DNA of 52,949 nt from sequence record PX651718.1; one strand, written 5' to 3'. Source of the stretch: a phage. Positions 1 through 8,995 of the stretch are shown here, piece by piece (the stretch's first letter is position 1; each line of letters opens with the position of its first letter). Below the pieces are notes generated by a model, which ran no database searches, had not been told where the DNA came from, and worked only from the letters and a program-made list of their open reading frames with translations. Both the position numbers and the translations under genes were made by a program.

Positions 1-54
1 AGAGCAATCTGTTCGACAGATGTGTCGTTGGTTCGAATCCAACCTCGTCCGCCA
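1..54 (+). tRNA. 3' portion of a tRNA (anticodon arm, variable loop, T-arm, acceptor 3' strand, CCA); anticodon tentatively UCG (Arg)
   Basis: T-stem GTTGG (27-31), loop TTCGAAT, CCAAC (39-43); acceptor 3' strand CTCGTCC (44-50), discriminator G, CCA (52-54); D-stem 3' strand GAGC at 2-5. Anticodon arm is non-canonical (ATCTG/CAGAT with 5-nt loop, or 4-bp stem with loop GTTCGAC). Confidence 0.6.
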
Positions 55-82
55 CTTTAATAACAGCAATACTGGAGTCCTC

Positions 83-223
83 ATGGATTTTGACGCACTT
101 GATAATTTAGACTTCGGTGCTGCCGAAGAAGCAATTGAAGAATTGAAGAAGAAGCAGGACGAAGAAGCAATCGTCCCTGGCGAAGGCGATAACGACTGTA
201 CAAGTGGTGCATGCGCCATCTAA
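83..223 (+). CDS. small acidic protein (46 aa), hypothetical
   Basis: ATG at 83 with GGAG 5 nt upstream; in frame with track ORF 20..223, whose 5' part overlaps the tRNA; product rich in D/E. Confidence 0.35.
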   Translation: MDFDALDNLDFGAAEEAIEELKKKQDEEAIVPGEGDNDCTSGACAI

Positions 224-231
224 GGTGATTT

Positions 232-468
232 ATGCAGCAGCTTAAATCAATAATTCTTGGCGTCCTGACTGCATTTGGTATTATCATTGCAGTGTTCCTC
301 AAAGGCAAAAGCTCAGGCAAAGCCGAGGAGCGTCAGGAAGCCACAGAGAAGCAACTGGATTCATTAAAAGAATCTATCGAGATTAAATCGCATGTTCAGA
401 AAGAAGTGTCTAGCAGTTCTGATAGCAATGTCGATAGTGAGTTGCTCTCAAAGTGGGTTCGTAAGTGA
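232..468 (+). CDS. membrane protein with N-terminal TM helix and charged C-terminal domain; i-spanin-like (putative)
   Basis: Track ORF; RBS AAGGTGA upstream; hydrophobic segment IILGVLTAFGIIIAVFL then K/E/S-rich region; overlaps a lipoprotein ORF in another frame. Confidence 0.5.
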   Translation: MQQLKSIILGVLTAFGIIIAVFLKGKSSGKAEERQEATEKQLDSLKESIEIKSHVQKEVSSSSDSNVDSELLSKWVRK

Positions 469-601
469 TTATTGCTTAATTGCACAACCAATATATTTGG
501 ATGTTGCAGAAGTGAAAATACTATCACGCGAAACCAAAACACAGATTTTAGTCCACAACGAAACGTGGGCACAAAAGTGTTCTAAACTTACCCGACAGTG
601 A
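392..601 (+). CDS. outer-membrane lipoprotein, o-spanin-like (putative), overlapping the preceding gene in the +1 frame
   Basis: Track ORF; signal peptide with lipobox-like IVSC followed by Cys (MFRKKCLAVLIAMSIVSCSQ); Rz/Rz1-type overlap. Confidence 0.45.
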   Translation: MFRKKCLAVLIAMSIVSCSQSGFVSDYCLIAQPIYLDVAEVKILSRETKTQILVHNETWAQKCSKLTRQ

Positions 602-1559
602 GTGAACAAATGCTCGCCATCGCATTTCATTTGGCAGTCCGGTACGGGACTTTAAACACACGTATATCATAGTCGAGGGAGTGCGCGACTTTAAATAACG
701 AGACTCTAGCTACTTGTAGCATAGTAGGTGTAATTCTTGGTGCTCTGGGCATAACACATAATAAATTGCTGCCTCCTAGGATTGGAACGTCCCGTAATGA
801 ACGCGAGAAGTTCAGGTGGTCACTTCCTAAAACAGTGTCCGAGAACACCCTCGCCAAAGTGCTTGAGAACGTTAGCTCTGTCTTGCCAGCATTAATGGCA
901 CGTTGGCCGCGTAAAGGCCACAACGTCTGACCAACGTATCGGTCGCCAAATTCAATGGGATTTTCGTATGTACGGGCTTGACCGTGGTGAAACGACCTGA
1001 CTGGTTCGATTCCAGTGAATCCCCCGAACAATGGATTCGTAGAGTTAATTAAACCTGCACGATGGGATAGGGATGAAGCATCCGAGGCCGACTGTGTAAT
1101 TGCTGGCTTACTATAAACCAGCCGAATCCACCAATCGGGAGAAAGTGCTGTGGACGATATTGTATCGTAGGTGGTCGCATTCCACCCTCCCAACTTCTAC
1201 CAAACAGTTATGCCTCTGTTCAAAAGGCTCAAGAGAGCGTCTGGCATACCGTAGCGATACGGCTTAGTTGCGCTGATTGTGTTGTGCAGAAAGAAAGTTC
1301 AGGCTTTCGTTTGGGTTACTCCTCATCCCGAAGTTAGCTGGATTCAAAATCCAGACTATGTTCCTATACACATGAAATATGCAAGTCGAGGGTTCTTAAT
1401 GTTCAAACATGATGCGAGCATTAAGCGGGTTTATACTTTTCCCCGATGGTCCCCATAAACAAGGCTGATTCACTTGGGCGGTTCGAATCAAATTTAATAA
1501 GTGTTTTGTAATGTTCGTAATAGTCAGGGCACTTACTTAAATTTTAACTGGAGAGAAAC

Positions 1560-1790
1560 ATGAAAACTGCTGAAATTGCCGAAGAGATTTATAAGGCCGT
1601 AATAGCCAGCCAAATCACAAGTGAAGTCCTGTACATGGATATTGAAGAAGTTCGCAATGCCTTTGGAGGTTTTGCAATCTTGTCAATAGAAGCTGCGGAA
1701 GCACTGACAAACACGTACAATCAACGCGAATATGAAAAGCGTTCTGTACTAAATGCGTCTATGAAAGAAATTCAGGCGTCATTAAAATAA
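1560..1790 (+). CDS. hypothetical protein
   Basis: Track ORF with GGAGAG RBS immediately upstream. Confidence 0.55.
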   Translation: MKTAEIAEEIYKAVIASQITSEVLYMDIEEVRNAFGGFAILSIEAAEALTNTYNQREYEKRSVLNASMKEIQASLK

Positions 1791-1846
1791 TACCATTATC
1801 ATGGTGCGGAGCTAATTAATCTCCCACCATATGAACCGGAGAGCAA

Positions 1847-2497
1847 ATGATTACTGCAACACTCGTTGACCACATGGGCAGCGACCTTACAACTGTTAAT
1901 GCTGCACGAGTTTCTTATGGTGCAGAGTCGCATGAAATATCTTTACGTGACGAGAAGCTGATTGAGTTTCTTGCAAAGCATAAACACATTACGCCGTTTC
2001 GCCACGCACAGGTAACATTGCGTTGCAAAGCTCCAATCTTCATTGCACGTCAGCTTGGCAAACATCAAACTGGCTTTAGTTGGAATGAGGTTAGCCGTCG
2101 TTACAAAGATGGTGAAGCAATCTCTATTGAATGCTTTGTACCAGATGTTGTATTTGGTCGTCCTGAAAAGTTGATGACTCAGACTGCACAACCGTTGCCA
2201 CAAGATTTTGCTGACGATATTCATTATCGCATGGAAAGCCATAACAAGGCTTGCATCGCAGAGTATGAAACGTTAATTGGTTTGGGGATTGCCCCAGAGC
2301 AAGCTCGCATGGTTCTTCCACAATCCATGATGACTGAATGAATTTGGACTGGCTCACTTTATGGCTAGGCATCTATGTATAATCAACGTTCCTCCGAACA
2401 TGCGCAATACGAAGTTCGCTTGTTTGCGGAAGAAGTGAATAAAATCATGTCAGAACTATTCCCAATTTGTTGGAAGGCTCTGACCAACCAGGAATAA
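1847..2497 (+). pseudogene. thyX: flavin-dependent thymidylate synthase (ThyX)-like reading frame with two in-frame stops (TGA 2339-2341, TAG 2366-2368) and altered catalytic motif
   Basis: N-terminal 164 aa (track ORF 1847..2341) align with ThyX (AARVSY, PFRHAQ, KAPIFIARQ, SRRY); the same frame continues after the TGA as IWTGSLYG, then TAG, then ASMYNQRSSEHAQYEVR... to TAA at 2495-2497, matching the ThyX C-terminus with no frameshift; the RHR motif is replaced by KHQ. Confidence 0.7.
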
Positions 2498-2501
2498 ATA
2501 A

Positions 2502-4265
2502 ATGAACGTCAAGCAATGTGTGGCTAAGATTAAGCACGATGTACCAGACTGTAAATCCACATCTGGCAAGTCTTTACAGGTTTGGTTGAATGTCGATGAA
2601 GCTGGTAATAAGAACTTCTCTGGTTACTGCTTTGCGTGTGGCGTTCTGGTACCAAATCCTTATGGCAATAATCCGGAGAACATTCCAGAGATTAAAGTCA
2701 AAACTCCAGAAGAGATTCAGGAAGAAGTTGATGAAATCACTGCTTGTCCTCCGTTTGATTTAACCCATCGCAGCATTGAGCCGGAGTTCTGGAAGGCTGC
2801 TGGTGTTCGACTTCTGTATTCAGAGTATGATGGGAAGACTCCAAATGCTCTGGCGCATGGCTACACCAAAAATGGTAAACTTGTTCGTTGGAAGATTAAA
2901 CTTCTGAACAAGAAAGTTATGTGGTCGGTTGGTGACACTCAGGGTAACGACCCTTACAACTGGATGGCTGCAAAAGCAATTGGCGGTAAGACACTGTTCA
3001 TCACAGAAGGTGAAGAAGACTGCATCGCATTGCGTCAAATCCTCAAGACTATGAACCGTGGTGGTGCATACGAAGATTTGGATTTTGCTGTAATTAGTTT
3101 GAGTGACGGGAGTGATTCCGTACACAAATGTTTGTCACCAGTTGCAGAAGAAATTAAGCAACGTTGGGAGCAGGTTGTTATCGTATTTGATGATGATGAA
3201 CCTGGACGTAAAGCTGCAAAAGAAGCGTGCCGATTGTTGCCTGGTGCAATGATTGCAACACTTCCAGCTAACGATGCCAACGATTGTTTGAAGCGTGGCT
3301 TGCTAAAAGCTACTCAATCAGCTGTTGTATTCCGTGCTGCTCGTCCTCTTCCTACAGCACTTGTCAACAAAGAACTTCTTATGGAAGAGCTTGATGACGA
3401 GGTTGAACAGGGTGTGGATTATCCTTGGCCCAAGTTAACCGACTTAATGTTTGGTCAACGTCGAGCCGAAGTTATTACAATCGGTGGTGCAGAAGGTGGT
3501 GGTAAAACTACCTTGTCCCGTCAGATTGTGCATCACAACATCACCAAGCACGATTGGGGAGTGTTTACTGCATACATGGAGGAAACTCCTACAGAAACAC
3601 TGCGCCGAATGGCTGGCCTTAATGACAACTTGCCATATTGGGAGCCTGCGTTTACTCGTGAAGACCCTCGATATGATGAAGCTAAGTTCCGTCAAACTGC
3701 TGCGAAGATGCTTCGTAACATGGAGATTTGGGACCGCAAGCAAGCTGGAGAAGACCCTTATGAAACCTGGGATGGGTTAAAGACGATTCTTCGTCAGATT
3801 GGACCAGACATTGATATGTTTGTCCTTGATAACTTAACCTACTTATCGGAAGGGATTTCTGCCTCAGAGAAGAACGACTTCTTAGGTAAGCTGTATGCAG
3901 ATATTACTAAGCTGGCAGACCAATACCAGTTCCATGTGAATATTCTGTCGCACCTTAACCCTGTGGCAAAAGGCCAACGACCTCATGAAGATGGTGGACG
4001 TATTAAGAAGTCAGACTTTACTGGCTCCCGTGCTGCTGCCAAATATTCTCATGGTATGTTCGGCTTTGAGCGTAATAGCCAGGCAGTTGACCCAAACTGT
4101 TCTATTATTCGTTCCATCAAAGCTCGTAAGAGTGGTAAAACAGAAGGCTTCAAGACGTATTATGACACCGAATCTGGTCGAATTATTCAACGTTCTTGGG
4201 ATGACTCTCTGTTCGAAACTAAAGAGATTGTTCAACTTACTAAGAAGAACGGTCCACACCAATAA
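2502..4265 (+). CDS. bifunctional DNA primase/helicase (T7 gp4-like)
   Basis: N-terminal Cys-rich zinc-binding segment; TOPRIM motifs (ITEGEED, VIVFDDDEPG); DnaB-type Walker A (GGAEGGGKTT) and Walker B (MFVLDNL). Confidence 0.9.
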   Translation: MNVKQCVAKIKHDVPDCKSTSGKSLQVWLNVDEAGNKNFSGYCFACGVLVPNPYGNNPENIPEIKVKTPEEIQEEVDEITACPPFDLTHRSIEPEFWKAAGVRLLYSEYDGKTPNALAHGYTKNGKLVRWKIKLLNKKVMWSVGDTQGNDPYNWMAAKAIGGKTLFITEGEEDCIALRQILKTMNRGGAYEDLDFAVISLSDGSDSVHKCLSPVAEEIKQRWEQVVIVFDDDEPGRKAAKEACRLLPGAMIATLPANDANDCLKRGLLKATQSAVVFRAARPLPTALVNKELLMEELDDEVEQGVDYPWPKLTDLMFGQRRAEVITIGGAEGGGKTTLSRQIVHHNITKHDWGVFTAYMEETPTETLRRMAGLNDNLPYWEPAFTREDPRYDEAKFRQTAAKMLRNMEIWDRKQAGEDPYETWDGLKTILRQIGPDIDMFVLDNLTYLSEGISASEKNDFLGKLYADITKLADQYQFHVNILSHLNPVAKGQRPHEDGGRIKKSDFTGSRAAAKYSHGMFGFERNSQAVDPNCSIIRSIKARKSGKTEGFKTYYDTESGRIIQRSWDDSLFETKEIVQLTKKNGPHQ

Positions 4266-4330
4266 CAGAGCTGCTACGCTGCATGGTTCGCCCACCAGCG
4301 TAGCCCTCACCAATCCATTGGAGCCATACT

Positions 4331-6265
4331 GTGTTGTATCCTTGGGAAAATATGTATGCCAGTGACATTGAAACAACTGGTTTGTTGGAGCAAATGCGTA
4401 AGCAAGCTGCACCACGTCTTCACAACATCGGATATATTGATGTTCTAACCCGTGAAGAAACTGTAATAGAGTGGACCGACAGAAAGTCTATCCAGGCATT
4501 TCTGGATACAGGCCCAACATTAATCATGCACAACGGCGCAACCTTTGACTTTGAAGCACTGAGGTTCCTGGGCTACGACGTTTCAAAATGTACACTAATT
4601 GATACTTTGTTTATCAGTTGGTATCTGCAACCTCGTCGTGTTAAGCACGGCTTAGAAGGTTACGGCGAAGAGTTTGGTGTGCCAAAACCAGTCATTGAAG
4701 ATTGGGAAAATCAAACTCAAGAAGAGTACAACCATCGTGTGATGGAAGACTGCAAGATTCAGTTGAAGCTGTGGGAACAGCAATACATTCAACTATTGAA
4801 GACTTATAAATCTCCTAGCGAAGTTAAGCGCTTCGTTGAATATCTGATGACAAAAGCTCGTCAACAAGTTATTCAACAACGTACTCGCTGGAAGTTAAAC
4901 ATTGAGAAGGCATTGGCATTTAAGGCCAAGCTGGAGCCAATGATTAAAGAGAAGACGGACGCATTGGAAGCATCAATGCCACGTATTCCAGAATATGTTA
5001 TCAAAACCCGTCCAGCTAAATGCCACAAGTTGAACGGACAATTGTCTTCCGCTGGCATAAAGTGGAAAGCTATTTGTGATGCAAACGGCTTGGACTGGAA
5101 AGACCCAGACCTGGCTATCAAGGTTCTTAAAGGTTACAAGAATCCTAACGCTGGTTCTCATGTGCAAATTAAAGATTGGTTGTTCAGCCTGGGCTGGGAA
5201 CCGGAAACCTTTAAGTTTGACCGTAACAAGGAAACAGGTGAAACTCGCCAGATTCCACAAATCACTGTGAAGGATGAAGATGGCAATCCTGAAATATGTC
5301 CGAGCTTGCATAAGCTGGCGGAAAGAAACCCCGACTCTGGTATTCAACATCTTATTGGGATGGGCGTGTATAAACACCGTCTGTCTGTTGTTAATGGCTT
5401 CCTTCGCGACGTCGATGAAGATGGGTTCCTTACTGCACGATGCGGTGGCCTTACCAATACTTTACGCCTTAAACATCGCGAACTTGTTAACCTCCCTTCT
5501 ATTCGTGTATTTGGCGGTGAAGAACTGCGTTCAATGCTGGAAGCGTGGCGTGAAGACTACGAACAGTTAGGCTCTGACTTGTGCTCACTGGAAGACCGTT
5601 GTAAACACCACTTCCAGTGGATGTATGACCCTGAATACGTTAAGAAGCAGTTGGCACCAGACTATGATGCCCACCTTGCAATCGGCGTAATTGGTGGATT
5701 TATTACAGAACAGGAATCTCAGGACCACAAGGACGGGATTAAGAAGTGTAAACAACGTCCAATGTTTAAGACCACAAACTATGCTTGTCAGTATGGTGCT
5801 GGTGTGCCAACTGTAGCTCGTTCTGCTGGCTGTGACCAGACTACTGCTGCACGACTGCATAAAGCATATTGGGACTTGAACTGGTCTATTAAAGAGATTG
5901 CTGCGAACACCAAAGTTATCACAGTTGATGGTCAGATGTGGCAACAGAATCCAGTAAACAAATTCTGGTATTCGTTGCGTACAGAGAAAGACCGATTCTC
6001 CACATTGTGTCAGGGTACTGGTGCATATGTGTTTGATATCTGGTGTAACAACATCATTGCAATTTGTAATGAACGTTGGGGCTGTGACCCGCTTCTGTCT
6101 GGACAATTCCATGATGAATTGATTCTCCAAGTTAAGAAAGGTTTCCGTGATTTGTGGACGGACTTGCTTAATGAAGCAATGGACCGGACCAACAAAGAAC
6201 TTAAACTTAACCGTGATTGTGCATGTGATGTACAGTTCGGTGATAATTATGCGGAGATTCACTAA
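4331..6265 (+). CDS. DNA polymerase, family A (T7 gp5-like) with 3'-5' exonuclease domain
   Basis: Exo I motif DIETTG; pol motif B (KQRPMFKTTNYACQYGAG); motif C (QFHDELIL); GTG start at 4331 with GGAG 8 nt upstream. Confidence 0.9.
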   Translation: MLYPWENMYASDIETTGLLEQMRKQAAPRLHNIGYIDVLTREETVIEWTDRKSIQAFLDTGPTLIMHNGATFDFEALRFLGYDVSKCTLIDTLFISWYLQPRRVKHGLEGYGEEFGVPKPVIEDWENQTQEEYNHRVMEDCKIQLKLWEQQYIQLLKTYKSPSEVKRFVEYLMTKARQQVIQQRTRWKLNIEKALAFKAKLEPMIKEKTDALEASMPRIPEYVIKTRPAKCHKLNGQLSSAGIKWKAICDANGLDWKDPDLAIKVLKGYKNPNAGSHVQIKDWLFSLGWEPETFKFDRNKETGETRQIPQITVKDEDGNPEICPSLHKLAERNPDSGIQHLIGMGVYKHRLSVVNGFLRDVDEDGFLTARCGGLTNTLRLKHRELVNLPSIRVFGGEELRSMLEAWREDYEQLGSDLCSLEDRCKHHFQWMYDPEYVKKQLAPDYDAHLAIGVIGGFITEQESQDHKDGIKKCKQRPMFKTTNYACQYGAGVPTVARSAGCDQTTAARLHKAYWDLNWSIKEIAANTKVITVDGQMWQQNPVNKFWYSLRTEKDRFSTLCQGTGAYVFDIWCNNIIAICNERWGCDPLLSGQFHDELILQVKKGFRDLWTDLLNEAMDRTNKELKLNRDCACDVQFGDNYAEIH

Positions 6266-6510
6266 TGCGTGTTTTAGCTCTGTACGACCGACACGAACAA
6301 AAGATTCACCAAGCTGCTGGCGATGTGCCAGCTGCACAACTGGCGCTGTCTGCAATTGAGATGAACGCCTTGGCATTATTTGGAAGTGGTTTTGAGGACA
6401 ACGAAGTCTACAAAACTGCAATCGCTGCTCTGAAAGAATCGAAAGATTTCTCAGACACACAATCTATCCTGTCCGATTTGGACATTGACTCTCACATTAT
6501 TGAAATTTAA
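6265..6510 (+). CDS. hypothetical protein
   Basis: Track ORF; ATG overlaps the polymerase stop (TAATG). Confidence 0.5.
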   Translation: MRVLALYDRHEQKIHQAAGDVPAAQLALSAIEMNALALFGSGFEDNEVYKTAIAALKESKDFSDTQSILSDLDIDSHIIEI

Positions 6511-6521
6511 AGGTACTCAAA

Positions 6522-7388
6522 ATGGCATTTGCTGCTCCTACACTGGCCTCGAACAAGACTCCTTCTGCTGCACCATTACTGGAAGCGGGTGGTTATCCTG
6601 CTCGTGTTTGCCGTATTATCGACCTGGGCTTACAGCCTGGTTCTGCTAAATATCCTACTCCGTCCTTGAAACTTCTGGTGACTTTCGAACTGCTCGACGA
6701 GTACATGAAAGAGGTTGACAGTGAAGGTAAAATGGTCATGGTCCAAGACCCAGACGAAGATGACGGCATCATGATGGCGAAGAATCTTGAAGACAAGCCG
6801 CGTTGGTTTGACTTTGAGTTTACCTATAATGCTGACGGCTTCATGGGTGAGAACTCCCACATCTACAAATTCGCTAAGGCGATTGATGCACTGGAAGTTA
6901 AGCCTAATCTGGAACAAGGTATTCAGGGCCATCCTGCCAAGAACCTGCCGGATTGGTTGGGCGAACCTCTGATTGTTGGCATTGTTCAGTATACCAAGCA
7001 GTCAGGTAAGAATGTGGGTCAGGTTGCGAACAAAGTTGCTACCTTCTCTCCGATGAAATCCAAAGAGAAGAAGGAAGCTAAAGCTCTGGTTAACCCGACT
7101 GTCTTCTTCGACATGTCTGAGCCGGACCTTGAAGTATTCAACAAACTGCCTGGTGGCGAATCTCCGTATGCAATCAAGAACCGTATTACTTCCGGTGTTG
7201 ATTTCTACAAGACCAAGCTGTCTGCACTGTTAGGCGGTAAACCTGCCGATGAAGGTGCTGTACCGAATCAGGCTTCTGATGAAGAAGTTGATGCAGCTAT
7301 GAAAGCTGAACTGGAAGCACAGGCTGCTGCAAAAGCACAGCGTGAAGCGGAAGGTGGTGCTGCTGGCGGTACGGGTATGCCGTTCTAA
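6522..7388 (+). CDS. hypothetical protein (position and C-terminal aromatic residue compatible with an ssDNA-binding or annealing protein; unproven)
   Basis: Track ORF (288 aa) with RBS; sits between polymerase and exonuclease; ends in GMPF. Confidence 0.55.
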   Translation: MAFAAPTLASNKTPSAAPLLEAGGYPARVCRIIDLGLQPGSAKYPTPSLKLLVTFELLDEYMKEVDSEGKMVMVQDPDEDDGIMMAKNLEDKPRWFDFEFTYNADGFMGENSHIYKFAKAIDALEVKPNLEQGIQGHPAKNLPDWLGEPLIVGIVQYTKQSGKNVGQVANKVATFSPMKSKEKKEAKALVNPTVFFDMSEPDLEVFNKLPGGESPYAIKNRITSGVDFYKTKLSALLGGKPADEGAVPNQASDEEVDAAMKAELEAQAAAKAQREAEGGAAGGTGMPF

Positions 7389-7398
7389 TTATAAATAT

Positions 7399-7423
7399 GG
7401 CTCCTTCGGGAGCCTTTAATTTT
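7399..7423 (+). terminator. rho-independent terminator
   Basis: Perfect hairpin GGCTCC-TTCG-GGAGCC followed by TTTAATTTT, just after the stop at 7388. Confidence 0.6.
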
Positions 7424-7436
7424 GGAGCTTACCAAA

Positions 7437-8459
7437 GTGAGTAAGAAACGAGTTTTGTTGCTGGTTGACGGCGACATGGTTGCATTCAGTCACTGTGCTG
7501 CTGAGGAATACGGCAAAGATTCAGAAGATATTAACTTTGCTAAGATTCAAATGTCAATGGATTCCAAGATGGAATTCCTTGCGAAACGTGTAGGAGCTAC
7601 AGAAGTAGTTACCTGCATTTCACCATCCAAAACATTCCGCAACGTTCTTGCCGAGAATTACAAAGGCAATCGTGATGATGTTTGGCGACCAGAAAACTTG
7701 AAGAATGCGAAAGCACATCTTATGGTTGCCTGGAATGGCGTATGGATGAAAGGTCTGGAAGCAGATGACCTCCTTGCCGTATTCGCACGTCATGAATACG
7801 AAATGACAATGGGCAAACGTAATGAGATTAAGAGCCTCAAGCGCATTGGTCCTTGCACATATGATGAAGTCTGGATTGCGTCGCTGGACAAAGACTTGCG
7901 ACAAATCGGGCAGAATGGTGGTGCTGGTCCAGTAATTAAACATTACCAATGGGAACGAGAAACCCAAGGTATTGGTGAGAAGATTGTAACTCCTCAGGAT
8001 TACGGCGAACTCAAGTTAATCATCAAGGACAATGGCAAATCGAAGAAGAAAGAAGTTAAAGGCAATGGTCCCAAATTCTTCTTACATCAATTGCTTATTG
8101 GCGACTCAACGGATAACGTTATGGGTTGCGGAGTTCTTGAAGAAAGAATCTACAAAACTGGTGCCAAAGCCGGAGAAACTTATTTCCGTCGTGACGGCAT
8201 TGGTGCAGTTGCTTCATTCGAAATGCTGGATGGTACAACCTCCTATGCAGAAGGTTTGAAGAAAGTTATTGGTGCATATATTGTGCGCTTCGGAGATGGT
8301 TGGGAACAAGAGCTGCTCAAAGTAGGTCGCCTTGTTTACATGCACCATCAAATTGAAAAAGGTAATTGTGTTCGCTTGTGGCATTACAAGAACATTAACG
8401 AATACTTTGACCTTAAAGAGAATCGTATCCTCACTCAAGAAGAGTACCTCCAGAAATAA
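7437..8459 (+). CDS. 5'-3' exonuclease / flap endonuclease
   Basis: N-terminal motif RVLLLVDGDMVAF typical of the 5'-3' exonuclease family; GTG at 7437 with GGAG about 9 nt upstream (track ORF begins at an upstream TTG, 7422). Confidence 0.8.
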   Translation: MSKKRVLLLVDGDMVAFSHCAAEEYGKDSEDINFAKIQMSMDSKMEFLAKRVGATEVVTCISPSKTFRNVLAENYKGNRDDVWRPENLKNAKAHLMVAWNGVWMKGLEADDLLAVFARHEYEMTMGKRNEIKSLKRIGPCTYDEVWIASLDKDLRQIGQNGGAGPVIKHYQWERETQGIGEKIVTPQDYGELKLIIKDNGKSKKKEVKGNGPKFFLHQLLIGDSTDNVMGCGVLEERIYKTGAKAGETYFRRDGIGAVASFEMLDGTTSYAEGLKKVIGAYIVRFGDGWEQELLKVGRLVYMHHQIEKGNCVRLWHYKNINEYFDLKENRILTQEEYLQK

Positions 8460-8470
8460 TTGGAGTTGGA

Positions 8471-8995
8471 ATGGCTTACGGTTATTGTGGAACGGAAGCC
8501 AAGTTTGTATCTTGGCTCCAATCTGCTATTCGAAGTGTTTGGTCTAAACACCCAAGCAAACTTGCGCTGATACAATCTCGACGCATTGCATTGAAGGTCG
8601 GTGACTCAAAGAAACCAATCTTCCACATTCAATGCTACCATTGCAAGAAGTTGTATAAGCTCAAAGAGATTGAAGTAAACCATAAAGTTCAAGTTGGTGG
8701 CCTCCTTAAATTGGAAGACCTGCACCGCTTTGTGGACAACCTTCTACTGGTTCAGCCAGAAGATTTGGAATTGCTGTGTAAAGATTGTCACGGCATTATT
8801 ACATACATGGAACGATATGGTGTGTCCCGTCGTGATGCAGTCATTGAGAAGAAGTGTATTGCGTTTGCCAAATTGTCTGACGAAGAGCAAATTGCTAAGT
8901 GCAATCTTGCTAAAATAGAGCCAGTTCCTAAAACCAAAATCGGACGTAAGAATGCTGTCCGAGAATACCTGAGAAAGAATCTTAATGTCTATTAA
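8471..8995 (+). CDS. HNH endonuclease
   Basis: CYHCKK ... EVNHK ... CKDCHG, an HNH motif bracketed by Cys pairs. Confidence 0.7.
   Translation: MAYGYCGTEAKFVSWLQSAIRSVWSKHPSKLALIQSRRIALKVGDSKKPIFHIQCYHCKKLYKLKEIEVNHKVQVGGLLKLEDLHRFVDNLLLVQPEDLELLCKDCHGIITYMERYGVSRRDAVIEKKCIAFAKLSDEEQIAKCNLAKIEPVPKTKIGRKNAVREYLRKNLNVY

Noticed and set aside
1-54. Phage tRNA as an amber or opal suppressor explaining the in-frame stops in the thyX-like gene
   Set aside because: The best anticodon-loop reading gives UCG (Arg); no CUA or UCA anticodon can be placed in the loop. No support for suppression from this tRNA, though the loop is non-canonical and a tool-based fold is needed.
20-223. Track ORF 20..223 (67 aa) as a gene
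   Set aside because: Its 5' 35 nt overlap the tRNA 3' end; the internal ATG at 83 with a proper RBS is a more plausible start, so only 83..223 was kept, at low confidence.
957-1024. Bona fide second tRNA gene at 957-1024
   Set aside because: Only acceptor and T-arm-like pairings can be drawn; the 36 intervening nt cannot form D and anticodon arms and there is no CCA. Kept as a tRNA-like element, not annotated as a tRNA.
627-1193. 188-aa minus-strand ORF in the tRNA-proximal region
   Set aside because: Starts only with TTG (no ATG until near its 3' end), has no RBS and an atypical S/T/R/L-rich composition, and would be the only minus-strand gene in a genome otherwise entirely on the + strand. 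Treated as a chance ORF in non-coding, possibly RNA-encoding, DNA.
5585-6460. Long minus-strand ORFs antisense to the DNA polymerase (5585..6460), kinase (9745..10278), capsid (17263..18009) and tail fibre (34904..35677) genes
   Set aside because: Each lies entirely within a well-supported + strand gene with recognisable motifs; these are antisense shadow ORFs.
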